This document shows, one piece after another, positions 26,060-38,000 of a stretch of DNA of 62,000 bases. Numbering within the stretch: the stretch's first letter is position 1; every line of letters begins with the position of its first letter. Both the position numbers and the translations under genes were made by a program. The stretch is from Botryllus schlosseri (lineage: Eukaryota). The notes under the pieces are model-generated. The model saw only the letters and a program-made list of their open reading frames with translations, was not told where the DNA came from and did no database searches. Where the stretch lies: NCBI GenBank assembly GCA_051294905.1, contig CM119371.1, positions 682,001-744,000 on the forward strand, in the 5' to 3' direction.

Positions 26060-29000
26060 TTATAAAGAATGTTCATAATTTCCTACAAGATATTCGTGCA
26101 ACATTTTCCTAAAGATATGGAGCGGTTTATCTTTAATATGGGGCGGAATGGAGTTCCATATACGAGGACCTTGGAAACTGATAGTCTTAGGATGTTCTCG
26201 GGGTAAGAATAGATTCATAGAAGAGCCTCGGGTATTGTGTGAATGGTGACTGGTGAGATGAGTGAAATAGTCTCGGAAGATTTCTGGTAGGCTCTCATTG
26301 TAGTAGCCATGCATGAGCTTAGCTATTTCATATAAGTGGATATCTACAACTTTTAAGATGTTCAAGCGACTATATAAAGGATTTACACTATCTCTGCGAT
26401 GGGCGAGACAAGTCAATTTAATTGCTTTATTCTGCAGGCTTTTAATCCGATTCAAGTATTTGGCTTTAGCTGAACCCCATAATACGACCCCATAAGTCAA
26501 GTGCGAGTGGAAGAGTGTGTGATATATTGTTAGTCGTGTGGAAAGTGGTAATAGGAAACGGACTTTTCTTAGGACTCCTATGGCTTTCGATAGTTTATTG
26601 CAAATTGAATTAATGTGATCACCCCAGGATAGCTTATTATCTATAATTATGCCAAGATAGGATAGATGCGTCTGGAAAGTAAGTCTTTCATTATTGAGCT
26701 TTAGTACTATGTCTTTTGGAGTACCTTTACCAAAGAACATACAGTGCGTTTTTGAAGTATTTATTGTTAGTCTATTACTACACATCCAGTCATATATTTT
26801 TATTAGATTTGAATTACATTAATACTCAAGGTCGGCTGTATTACAAGATGAGAGCATGAGAGATGTATCATCTGCAAACAGTTGAATTGTGAAGTCCGAT
26901 ACATTGTCTATATCATTAATATATATTAAAAATAGGAAAGGACCCAGAACTGATCCTTGAGGTACACCCATTTCAATTCCGAGCTTATCCGTTAAGACTT
27001 CACCATTTTTAACAAATTGCCGTCTATTACGTAAATAAGACTGTAGTAGCTTATACATGTTACCCCTAACTCCGTAGTGAGATAATTTCTCCAAGAGTAT
27101 TGATCTATCCACTGTATCAAATGCCTTTTTAAGATCTAGAAAGATGCAGATGGTGGATAGATTGCTGAGAAGGTTTTTAGAGATGTTATTTATGCTATCT
27201 ATAACTGCATGCTGGGTTGAGTGACGCTCTCTGAAACCAAATTGTTTTCTGGATATTATGCTAAATTTCTCAACAAAGCAAGTTAGCCTTTTAAGTATTA
27301 ATTTTTGTATGATTTTAGAAAAAATAGGCAAAATAGAGATTGGTCTATAATTGGTTAGATCTTTAGGATTGCCCTTCTTCAGAACAGGCGTGACTCTGGC
27401 TACTTTCAAAATATCTGGGAAAATCCCAAGCTCGAAGCATTTATTGATCAGTTTAGTGAGTATAGGTAATATTGTATATATGATCTCTTTCAGAATAAAG
27501 ACTGGAATACCATCTGGGCCTGTGGCTGTATCATTCTTAAATGAGTGAACTATCGCGATGACTTCATTCTCAACGACTGGCTGGACAAAGATAGAGTTCT
27601 GTTGTGGTTTATCGAGATATTTCTTGTAGTTATTGGTAGGCACATGTTTGTCAGCAAGGTTTCTGCCAATATTTGCAAAGTATTGGTTAAAGGCCTTGCA
27701 TATGTCAAGTTCAGACGTTACGGTTCTATTGTCTATGCTGATTTTAGTTAGGAATTTTTTTTTGTTCAGTTGATTTAAAAAGTTTATTGAAGAGCCCCCA
27801 TGTTTTTGTTTGATCACCTTGGTTCTTATAAAATTGATCCTTGTAATAGTTGCTCTACGACTTTTTCTTCAATTTGGTTAATATATTTGTGTATTTTTTA
27901 TACAATTCCACTTTGCTGTCCACACCGGAAAGAAAATGACTCTTGTAGAGTTTGCGTCGAGTCGCTATTGAGATTCGGATTGCAGAGGTCAGCCATGGTT
28001 TATTTGCGTATCTCATCTCCCTGCGAGTTTTTTTGCGGAGAGGTGCATGTTTTTCCATTAGGGAGTTGATGGTACTAATTAGAGATGAAAAGTTGTTGTT
28101 TATATCATCATTTTGAGTTCTACTTTCGACTTCAAGGTCATTTATTGCATCAAAAAGTTCATTCGAGAAGTTGTCCTCCGAGAGATTTCTATAGTTACGA
28201 GTGTAGGCTATTTTGTGTTTCACTCCTACTGAAGCATTCATGATTTTGCAGAAAGTTGGTAAGTGATCAGATATATCGCTTAATAATATTCCGGATTGGT
28301 GCTCGACCTGGTTGTTGGTGAGTATGAGGTCAATTAGTGTCTGTGAGTTGTGAGTTATTCTAGTTGGATCTTTAATTAATGAAAGACACGAGAAACATGA
28401 TATTAGGTTGGTCAGATCCACAGAATATTTGTTATCTGATTTAAGGAGGTCTATGTTGAAGTCTCCCAACAGGTAAAAAGTTTTTTGTTGTAGGGTCAAC
28501 TTCTCGAAGCAATTTTCCATTGCATCTATGAATTGAGCCATTGATTGGTGAGGGTGTCTGTAAATTGCACCTATTATGATGTTTTCTCTCTTTTTGTTTT
28601 TCACCAAAGTTAATTCAATCCACAGGTCTTCACAGCCTTGAAGATTCAGGCCAAACTCTGAAGTGATATGGAATTGGACATTGTTCCTGATATAGAACCC
28701 CACTCCACCCACTATTGTGGGAGAATTTGCATTGATAAATGTATATCCATCAATATGGACGTCAAAAGGAAGGACAGTAGATAATCTCGTTTCACTTATG
28801 ACGATTATGTCAGGATGTCTAGAGAACTCAGAAATTAACGAAGTGACTAAGCCACTGTTTTTAGGAAGTGATCTTACATTAGCATGTAGCATTGTAATGG
28901 GGCTATCATCAGTAGGAGCATTAAATTCTTCTATACTATAATAATTAGAAAATCCCTTAGGTAGGTCAGAGCTAGATAACTTTTTGACAGAAGATAATTC

Positions 29001-29222
29001 CCTTGTTAGTTGCATGTTGTCAAGTGATGAAAATGGTAATTCCGAGTTTAGGCATTGGCAGCAATAATAATACTCATCAGTAGTTCCGATATGATTGAAT
29101 TGCGGTGTTGTCAGTTTGGTGCACTTCAAATGAGTCCAGTAGTCACAGATATCACAGCAAATGCAAGGCTGATTTGACTTGCATGGTTTGTGGCAAGAGC
29201 CACATGGAAATAAGACGGGCAT
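26060..29222 (-). pseudogene. LINE ORF2: PHD finger + AP endonuclease + reverse transcriptase, disrupted
   Basis: PHD Cys/His pattern; APE motifs NVRSL, SET, YRHP, GDFNID, SDH; RT motifs YRPISIL, QFGFR, DLKKAFDTV, GVPQGSVLGP, FADD. Lesions: TAG at 27855, frameshift in an A9 run at about 27755-27763, TAA at 26819. Confidence 0.95.
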
Positions 29223-29261
29223 TTTCTATCTATTGATCAAGGCTGAATTAGTGGTTACAGT

Positions 29262-30031
29262 TCAGTCTAGGGGTATGCCGTACCTTGTCAGATCATCATC
29301 ACTTCTGATTGTCCAAATTTGGCTTTCGTCATCCTTTCTCAAGTAGGATACTCCTTGCCTTGTCCATATGTATTTGAACTTGTTGGCTCTTTTGAATTTT
29401 AGGCATGCATTGAATTTTTTTCGGTTAGTCTTCGTAAGGCTGTCATTGATGTATAGGCCTATTTTTTCTTTGGTTTTGTGTAATATTGATCTGGTGTTGT
29501 AGATCATGTCACGAACTCTTCTCGAGCAAAATTTGACTATCAAGATAGGATCAGGGTAGTCTTCAGTTGGTTGACCTAGTCTATGACAAACACTTATATC
29601 ATGCTTGTGACGGTCACATCCACTTTCTTGGCAACTGATATCACAAGATCTTCAGTACACTCCTTCTCGTGGTAGGGTATTCCTTGCAATTCAATACATT
29701 CTCTTCTTCCATATTGCTCCAGATCGTTTATTGCTCGATTGGTCTCTCTGTTGGATGTTTGGAGGTCGTGTACAATTTTTTTCAGGTAGTTATTTTCTGA
29801 TTCCACTTTCGATAGTTGCTTGCTCGTAGTATCAAGTTTATCTTTTATCTCCTCATATTTTTCGTTAAGGAATTCGGCACTATTTTTAAGTTCTATGATT
29901 TCCTTCATGAGTTCCGAGAACTTCTGGCCATTTTGTAGTTTTTGATCATCCATTTTGTCTGAAAGTGCATCCAGCTTCGATAGAATAGTTTCGTAATCCA
30001 CATTCTTTTTGGACGATGATCTTTGAGACAT
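29262..30031 (-). pseudogene. LINE ORF1 (coiled coil + RRM/CTD-like), one frameshift near 29600
   Basis: Heptad-rich N-terminus, LEQYGRRECIELQGIP, then in a shifted frame DISVCHRL...IVKF...YINDSLT...KYIWT, typical of CR1-group ORF1. Confidence 0.88.
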
Positions 30032-31579
30032 TTTCTAGCATCACAGTGCAGTAGTGCATATAATGATATAAGTTATCAATACGTCTTAATCAGTGTCTAA
30101 AAGTCCTGAAACTAGCTTAACACAACCAAGATTACCAAGAACGGTAACTGCGTGGCCTGTCAATCATTTACGGTCGGATGATAGTGACCATGAAGCAAAG
30201 TCGCGCTAGTCACAAAACGTTGGCAAAGTTGGAATTGAGAGATTTCTGCTGGGTGTTGCCGATCGGGTGTAGCATTTGACCTTATATCTTTATATGTTTT
30301 GCAGATATGTATTATTGCTCATTTACAGCTATCGAATATTGGAAATGCCTGTATTGGTGCAGTCCCTGGTTGTAATACTAGTCGCTAGTGAGCAAAATAC
30401 TAATTCAGCCAGTGCCGGTGCCGGTGATATCAAAGCTAGATAGTCATATTATTTGATGCAATCATGTGACTGATACTTTGTTACTGGCATCAGGCTATGT
30501 TTATTTTATGGATCATTCATTGTGTTTTCAAGAGCCGAAATATGTTATCGATATTTCCGGCCAGAAGGTATTATATAGCGGCAGTTGATTCTCTGGGAAA
30601 CGTCGGCTGAAGTTGGGACCGATACCTTGCCCCAGTTTGCCTCAAAAGTCAACATCATTTTCTTCCCCACCAATGAAAGAGCAAGCGTCCAGAAACGCAT
30701 GCGATAAAAAAATCTTTTTATGTTGACCGATTAAAAAGGGACCTATCTCATGCTCAAGGTAGGTCAAATTTATAATCAAGTTGAAGACGGATTTGTGGTT
30801 CAATCACTGTTTAATAGGTGGCTGGGTAGCCTGTAATATGAGAAGAAACGAGAGCTTTATATCTTGATTTGGAGGAAGCTGGTCAGTGGTCGTATTAAAC
30901 CAAAAATTGGGTCAGTTTTATATTTACTATTTTAAGGCCAGCAGGCATCTACAAATAAATAAACTACAAAAAATTTAAGCTACTTTCAAATGCAAGTTTA
31001 TAAATTACAAACAGCTCCCACGCTTTTTGTAATGCTGTAGGCTACATGGTTGAAGCGTATTATAGATTCTATACCGATTTATGAAGGCCTATATATTTAT
31101 CAAAAATGTGACAAGTTTATGCCAACTCTGATCACTTTTGTCCTATCATTACAGGATGGGGTTTGCCGTAGAAAATTGAAGGGTCAAATGCCGGTTCCGC
31201 CTCCACGCCTCCACCGCCCCGCCTCCACTAAGAATGTCCGGTTTTGACTATATCTATGAAGGACCCATTGTCAAGAAGAAGAAAGTGTTGTAATTCATAG
31301 TCATTTCACCACAAAGTGAGGTAGTTAAGAATTCTTCCATTTAAAATTGTGATAGGCATTTCTATTTTCTCGCATACCACTGCATAACTGTACTGGTATT
31401 CAGACCAAGGATTACAGCAATGACCACAATTGATGATCGTCATGGATGCTGGCCATTCAATTTGATACTATCTTTCCCCCTTTACCCCATATTGATATAG
31501 CTGTAATCGCCGCAGTCTAACTCTTAATGTATATCTTGGTCAGTCTGTCAATTTCCTACGAGGTTTCTTGACATGTAGG

Positions 31580-31989
31580 CAGGGTTACATTACCATACGT
31601 CCTCCATTTTCGGGTTTTTGAAAATGTCCCAGACGATGCCTAAATATCCTCTCTTTTGGCAATTTATCCTCCTTTACAGCTTTTGAAGCTAAGATAAATG
31701 ACAGTGTCTGAGGTAAAATGGGCATTAATGACGCTAAGAAAGAGCTAATACGGAGGCTCGAGCGGAAGTGACGACCTTTTTTAGTCAACACCAGTAATTT
31801 TAAGTAAAAAGTGCGTAAATCGGTAGTCAAACGAAAGTGATGACCATTTTTTAACCATTTTTTAAATAAAAATCGCCAAATTTTACAGCAAAAAATTGCA
31901 AAATCAGCTGTTTTCAGTATTGATCAACTAACTGTACATATTTGGTCAAAGTGTCATCCTTCCCGATTTCAAAATATATGGTAACCCTA
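31580..31989. mobile_element. hAT MITE (Blackjack-like AGGGTTACCA ends)
   Basis: Termini CAGGGTTAC/GTAACCCTA; perfect TSD CATGTAGG (31572-31579, 31990-31997). Confidence 0.85.
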
Positions 31990-32092
31990 CATGTAGGAAT
32001 ATCTGTGCTGTACTGTTACTAGTAGCAATCAAGGTACAGCTAGAGACAAACAATTTCACTCAGGTCAAGATTATTGCATCACAGATGATTAC

Positions 32093-35000
32093 TGCCTGTG
32101 CCCAGCCACACAACGCCACGGACCGTGTAAGCAGATCGCAAAATCCAATGATGAAGAACCTCCAAGACTGTCACCTAACCCATTTGCTGGATATGAAAGG
32201 GTCATGGCGACGAGGAGATCTTTCATTCTAACTGGATTCTTACCAGTGATGAGCATCGGAGCGGAGTCGGAGTGTTTCCGGAGCGGAGTTTTGCCAATTT
32301 TGTGATACCCGGAGCGGGCTCGGAGTTTACTACAGATATTTTTCCGGTGTTTTCCGGAGTGTTGTAAGTTTTGCCCCCGATATCTTTCGACACTCTGACC
32401 AGAAGACACTATTGATTACAAACCAAAACACAGACAGCTGACACCTTGTAAAGTTGTAATATGACGGGTAACATGCAAAAATGATTGCCAAGTGCATAAA
32501 AATCAGCCATCTGCACTGCAATTGGGGACTGGAGAGTAACCTAGTGATCTAGCAAGGCATTTTCGTTGAGCAGTGTCTGTAGTTCACAAAATTAAAGGCG
32601 CCCAATATCATTCGCAGTGCATCATTTGCTCCCTGCCTTGAGATGCAGTCTTTGAATGATTGAATCCACAGCTGAATGTCACCATGAGATAAGATCTCCA
32701 GAATCTTCCACGTTGCTGTCATTGCAGTCTTGTATAGTCACATTCCTCCTTGGGTATTTGTTTGGTGACTGATTTTCATGCCACCCCAGTAATTGTGCGA
32801 AACATTTACAATCAGCAACATACAGCGGGGCTTCTCTATGGTACAACCTTTAGCTACCCTGATTCTTCCAGCAAGTTCATAATCATAACGGAATATATCC
32901 CATTATCCTGATGACGTTCAACATAGTAATAGGGTCCATTTTGTGAAAATGTATTCCTAACGTTGGTATCAGTTGAAACAAGATAATATCCGATACCGCT
33001 TTTGTGATAACTTTTCGCAACTTTCATCGTACTTGCAATTTGCAGTGAGAGATATCGATAATAAGTGTTACATCAATATTACCTTTATATCTGTGAGAAA
33101 TATACATACAAGCAAGTTTCTGGATGGAAACAATAATAACTATGCAATGTGTTACAATGATTTAATGGCATTGCGACGAATTTTCGCTTGTAAGATCCGC
33201 TCACAGAGGCATACCAGCATCTAAGCTCGCTTTAAAGATTTCAAATATACATAAATCACTAAGGTAAGCTGATCTTACCCTGTAAAAACAAACGAATTTC
33301 TGAACAGCCACACTAAATAACGGCCCTGTGGATATAATGCTGTATCAGCTGTATCAGCTGTATCAGCTGTACCACCCTGTGGATATAAAGCTGTATCAGC
33401 TGTATCAGCTGTATCAGCTGTATCAGCTGTATCACCCTGTGGATATAAAGCTGTATCAGCTGTATCAGCTGTATCACCCTGTGGATATAAAGCTGTATCA
33501 GCTGTATCAGCTGTATAACCCTGTGGATATAAAGTTGTATCAGCTGTATCAGCTGTATCACCCTGTGGATATAAAGCTGTATCAGCTGTATCACCCTGTG
33601 GATATAAAGCTGTATCAGCTGTATTAGCTGTATCACCCTGCGGATATAAAGCTGTATCAGCTGTATTAGCTGTCTCACCCTGCGGATATAAAGCTGTATC
33701 AGCTGTATCACCCTGTGGATATAAAGCTGTATCAGCTGCATCACCCTGTGGATATAAAGCTGTATCAGCTGCATCACCCTGTGGATTTCCCTACCTGGTA
33801 CCGAATACCGTACCACCATTATTGCCGTCTGTTTGTTTGTATTTCAGTTGGATGAAGAAATAAAGACTCCGTCTGTCTCTCCGATCAAACCCGGCCTCTT
33901 ATGGTGCGCAGATATCAGCCCAACGGATCCTTTGGACCAGTGATCCTCCGAGAACGCCAAATTGTCCCCGTATTAGGCAATCCGTCCTCCTTTACAGCTT
34001 TTACAGACAACATATAATGGATAGATAAAAAAAGGAAAGGACGTAGTTTATTTTTGTCCTTGATGCTTTTGCGGCATATACACCGACTCGATACACATAC
34101 ACACGATCTGCGCATGTGAATGTCGGTAATCGGTGTGGATAAAAATGGTCAACTGTATCTTGCATATGTTTGGATTGTTCGCGAAACGCTGGTATGACCC
34201 GTGTGAGCGACCAATGATTCAATGATCGTGCGATTTACTGAGCCTCCATTGTTCTCTCACAAATAAATTGACCGCAAACGAAATGATCGAAGCTTACAGC
34301 TTTTACTTTGTCGTAAACTAGATTATAGTAAAGTAATTTGATAGCAAAATGTTCGTTCATCGGTTCGAAATCAATGACCACTCAATCTGTATTTCAGACA
34401 GGCAGCAAAATGCAATGACGTAATCATACCTCGTACTTCGAAAAAGCAGCGTGACTTGAATTGTGACTTGACTCGTGACTTGACTTGACTTGACTTGACT
34501 TGACTCAACTTAATTGACTCGAGTCACCTCCAAAAATCGAGTGACTTGACTTGACTCGAGTCACCTTCGAAAATCGATTGTCTTGACTCGAGTCAAAATG
34601 CGAAATGGCTCGAAATGACTCTTGACTCGAAGGTAGTGACTTACCCAACACTGATACATATCAATATAGATCTGCGGCCCGTTATATCAGGCAAGTTGAG
34701 AACCCCCGACGACGTGGAAATAGGCAGAGTGTGTCCATTCTCCATTGGAAGCATTCATCACAATGAATGTAAAGACAATTCATGGTTTCTAGTGTAACAG
34801 ATATTCTGACATCTTGGCCGGGATCAAATGAAATTTCGTTACTTTGTGTTAAAAGCTCTGCTTGCGAGAAACTCTTTTGCGAATAAATATTCGTTGGTGT
34901 CTAGCCTAGGGTTACCATATTTTGAGGTACGAAAAAGAGCACACTTGGGCGTCCTCCGATGACACTTTCGATTTCTTGAAACAAGAGGGCAAAGAGCCGT

Positions 35001-38000
35001 GTATGGACTCGTGGGCCTACGTGGGCCTGGACGTCTGTGACTGTAGGAGTGTATTAGGTAGAGGTGTAGTATCTGGAGGCTCATATAGTCTAGACCAGTG
35101 ATTCCCAACCGAGGCCCTGCGGGCCGCATGCGGCCCCCAGCTAGCCTTCTTGCGGCCCCCACAAAAATATTGAGAAATCTATTCATGAAAAAAAATTATA
35201 TTTATAAAATACTCTGGCTTGGCTTGGAGTCTTCAATTAGGATTGCAGGAAAGTTGTGAGTAGACTGCTAAGATTATGTCACTGCTGTTTCAATGCAATG
35301 TGCCCTAACTTTCCAGAGTTTAACGGGCAGTACCTATAGATATAGGTATTGACAGGACCGTAACTGCCGCATCCCAAGCCCCCCAATTGGGATTTTTTTT
35401 TCGCGCTGCGCGCGATTTCAAGTTTTCAAGTACCTTAATTATTCGGTACTCTTCGACAAAGATAAAATACGCAAAAATTTATAAAAGTATAGGCATATCG
35501 GCGTTGGCCATTACCGCGCCACGACGCACCAAGACATATAAAGGCTTAGGTCATGTAACATGCGACTTCTAGAAGCGTGCCAGAACGATCGGCAGCGAGA
35601 AAACCTTGGCCGAAAAGGACTGCCCTTACGCTGACCGAAAACTTCGTTATGTATATTCAAAATACATATAGGTATTATTGACCATATTCGCCTAAATGAC
35701 TGGCGCCGAATGTTCCTGTCTTGGCAATCTGAACGTCACGAGACAAATAGGCTACCATCCCGCAGGGAAAAATATATGCCAGTGAAGAAATACCAATTTG
35801 AAATCGTGTGCATCTTTTAGTTTAGTACGTTTTAGCGATTTTATATTTTTTGATATAGCAGACTGGAGGTCACGAGTGGTCCTACCTTTTCAAACACAAC
35901 TCACTCGGCTCAACCGGTCAATCTGATTACGTGAGCAGAGAGAGGATAAAAATTGATACCAATATATATGCAATTCGCGATCATATATTGACCGACTCAA
36001 TCATGAAATATATAAATTTCTCTTGCTTCGCGCGTTTACGCAAGAAGAGCTGATTCACTAAATGTGTGATAAACTACTAGACTATTTCGCGCATCCCAGA
36101 CATAGTATAGACGTGATACAGCTGATACAGGGTGATACAGCTGATACAGCTTTATATCCACAGGGTGATACAGCTGATACAGATGAAACAGCTGATACAG
36201 CTTTATATCCACAGGGTGATACAGCTGATACAGCTTTATATCCACAGGGTGATACAGCTGATACAGCTGATACAGCTGATACAGCTTTATATCCACAGGG
36301 TGATACAGCTGATACAGCTGATAGAGCTGATACAGCTGATACAGCTGATACAGCTGATACAGCTGATACAGCTTTATATCCACAGGGTGATACAGCTGAT
36401 ACAGCTGATACAGCTGATACAGCTGATACAGCATTATATCCACAGGGCCCTAAATAACCATACAACCGTCTGCTTTGCTCTGCTCGCATCAACTACGCTT
36501 CCTTAATTATTGATTGACGTAGTCAGTCATCCAGAACTCTTCTGAATTTTCGTCATGTAATTTTTGGTTTGATTAAGAAATGACTTTGATGTGACAAGAA
36601 AAATCAGCACCGCTATCAAGTTTCCGCTTCTGGTCTGTCTCAGACTCCAAATTCCAGTTATCATGTATCAGCTTCAAAATTGGAAGTCACTCTCACTAGT
36701 CATTTAGTCAACTCCAAGGAGCGTCGATCGGTGCGTCAGTGATGCATCATGTATGTTTAGTGCAGTGCAGCTCCATCAGCTGTTTCATCATAGTGTCCTA
36801 TATGGTGTCGACACAAGCAAATCGCACGGGTCAATGAAATTGTACACGTCACAGTTTCCATTTGGCTACAGGCAATTTGACGGTGATTTTTGACCGGCTT
36901 GCCGAGCATTAAATTTGATGAATCGGGTATCAATCGAAAGCTGACTCTGCACTGATTACGAAAATATAAATTTTATTCCGCTCGCGGCCCTGGAACCCCC
37001 ACAATCAGCCCCCAATTATTCATTGTCGAGTAGATTGGCAGTGTGACGCAACAATGCTGTCTGGCGGAACGAGAGACTAGCTCAAGAGCAAGGATGCGGC
37101 CGAGCGGCGAGAGTGGGATCAGCTGACGTCGCGGCAATAGCGATGTGCAAACGCGCCACGGAGAAACGCTGCGCTGTTGATACTTTTTCTATGCGTTTCG
37201 GTACAAGCGAGCACACACCAGCCTTTCCTTGACTTGTAAGGGTAAAACTGGGTCCACAGAATGTATTAGGGCCCTACCAATTTTCGCGCAATATCCTTCA
37301 GCTGATAGAGATATGTAGGCTACGTCTAAATGACATGCCGCCCTATTTCTTGACGCTTTCTTTTTCTATACTATCTTCTTTACTTCATTCAGTTGCATGC
37401 CTCCTCTTTACATCGCCTAGGCCAAGGTGGGTGTCAGATTCCATAGACAACCTAGTCGCTTCGACATCTTCCTTTCTTTCATTGTATCGCATTTTTTGTG
37501 GTGTATTGAACTGATAAAATTGCTAATAAACCAATGATGATGATGGATATGTCAGATTATTATGATATCGATTGCCTTAGCCCGCTTGTTGCGTAGGGCT
37601 CCAGAGACACGTCGCGCTGTTGATGGCGGGTGTCGATACTTTCTATAGTCGCTTTTATGGTTAAGTGTGAGCAAGGAGCATTGAGCATGAGCTTACATTA
37701 CAAGCTTTTATTTGATCCGTGAGGGTAGGACTTGGTCCGCGAATGCAGCAGGTAAAATGTTGATTGTTGAATAAAGTTTAACAGCAGGAGTGTCGAATTA
37801 AACTGGTATCGCTGTCCGGATTCAATCCGTTACTAAAAAGCTTGCGGGCCATACCTGCCAAATGATTCCAAAATGTTACCACCAAATTCATACCTATGTT
37901 TTTCACTGGAATATATCTGATATCACTATAAACGTTGACGTTGGAATTTGGTTTAGCATTTTTCAATCACCAAATAGTTTTTTTGAATGCCGGGGACCTT

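Larger units (their letters stand above)
25729..30179 (-). mobile_element. Near full-length CR1-group LINE (L2/Crack-like), inactivated
   Basis: ORF1, ORF2 (PHD-APE-RT), 3'UTR, AATAAA and (TC)n tail at 25727-25745. The 5' boundary is tentative (candidate TSD GATAG 25724-25728 / 30180-30184). Confidence 0.93.

Noticed and set aside
33322..33787. CRISPR-like or DnaA-box/iteron-like array (TGTGGATA)
   Set aside because: The spacers are not unique, there are no cas or rep genes, the context is eukaryotic, and the array is explained as a TIR bounded by a TSD.
33313..33819. Repetitive ORFs (IQL/YQL repeats)
   Set aside because: Artefacts of 9- and 15-bp repeat units, which are multiples of three; open in several frames on both strands.
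36036..36506. DTA-repeat ORF resembling an antifreeze or low-complexity protein
   Set aside because: It is the inverted arm of the foldback element, with four overlapping ORFs and no splice support.
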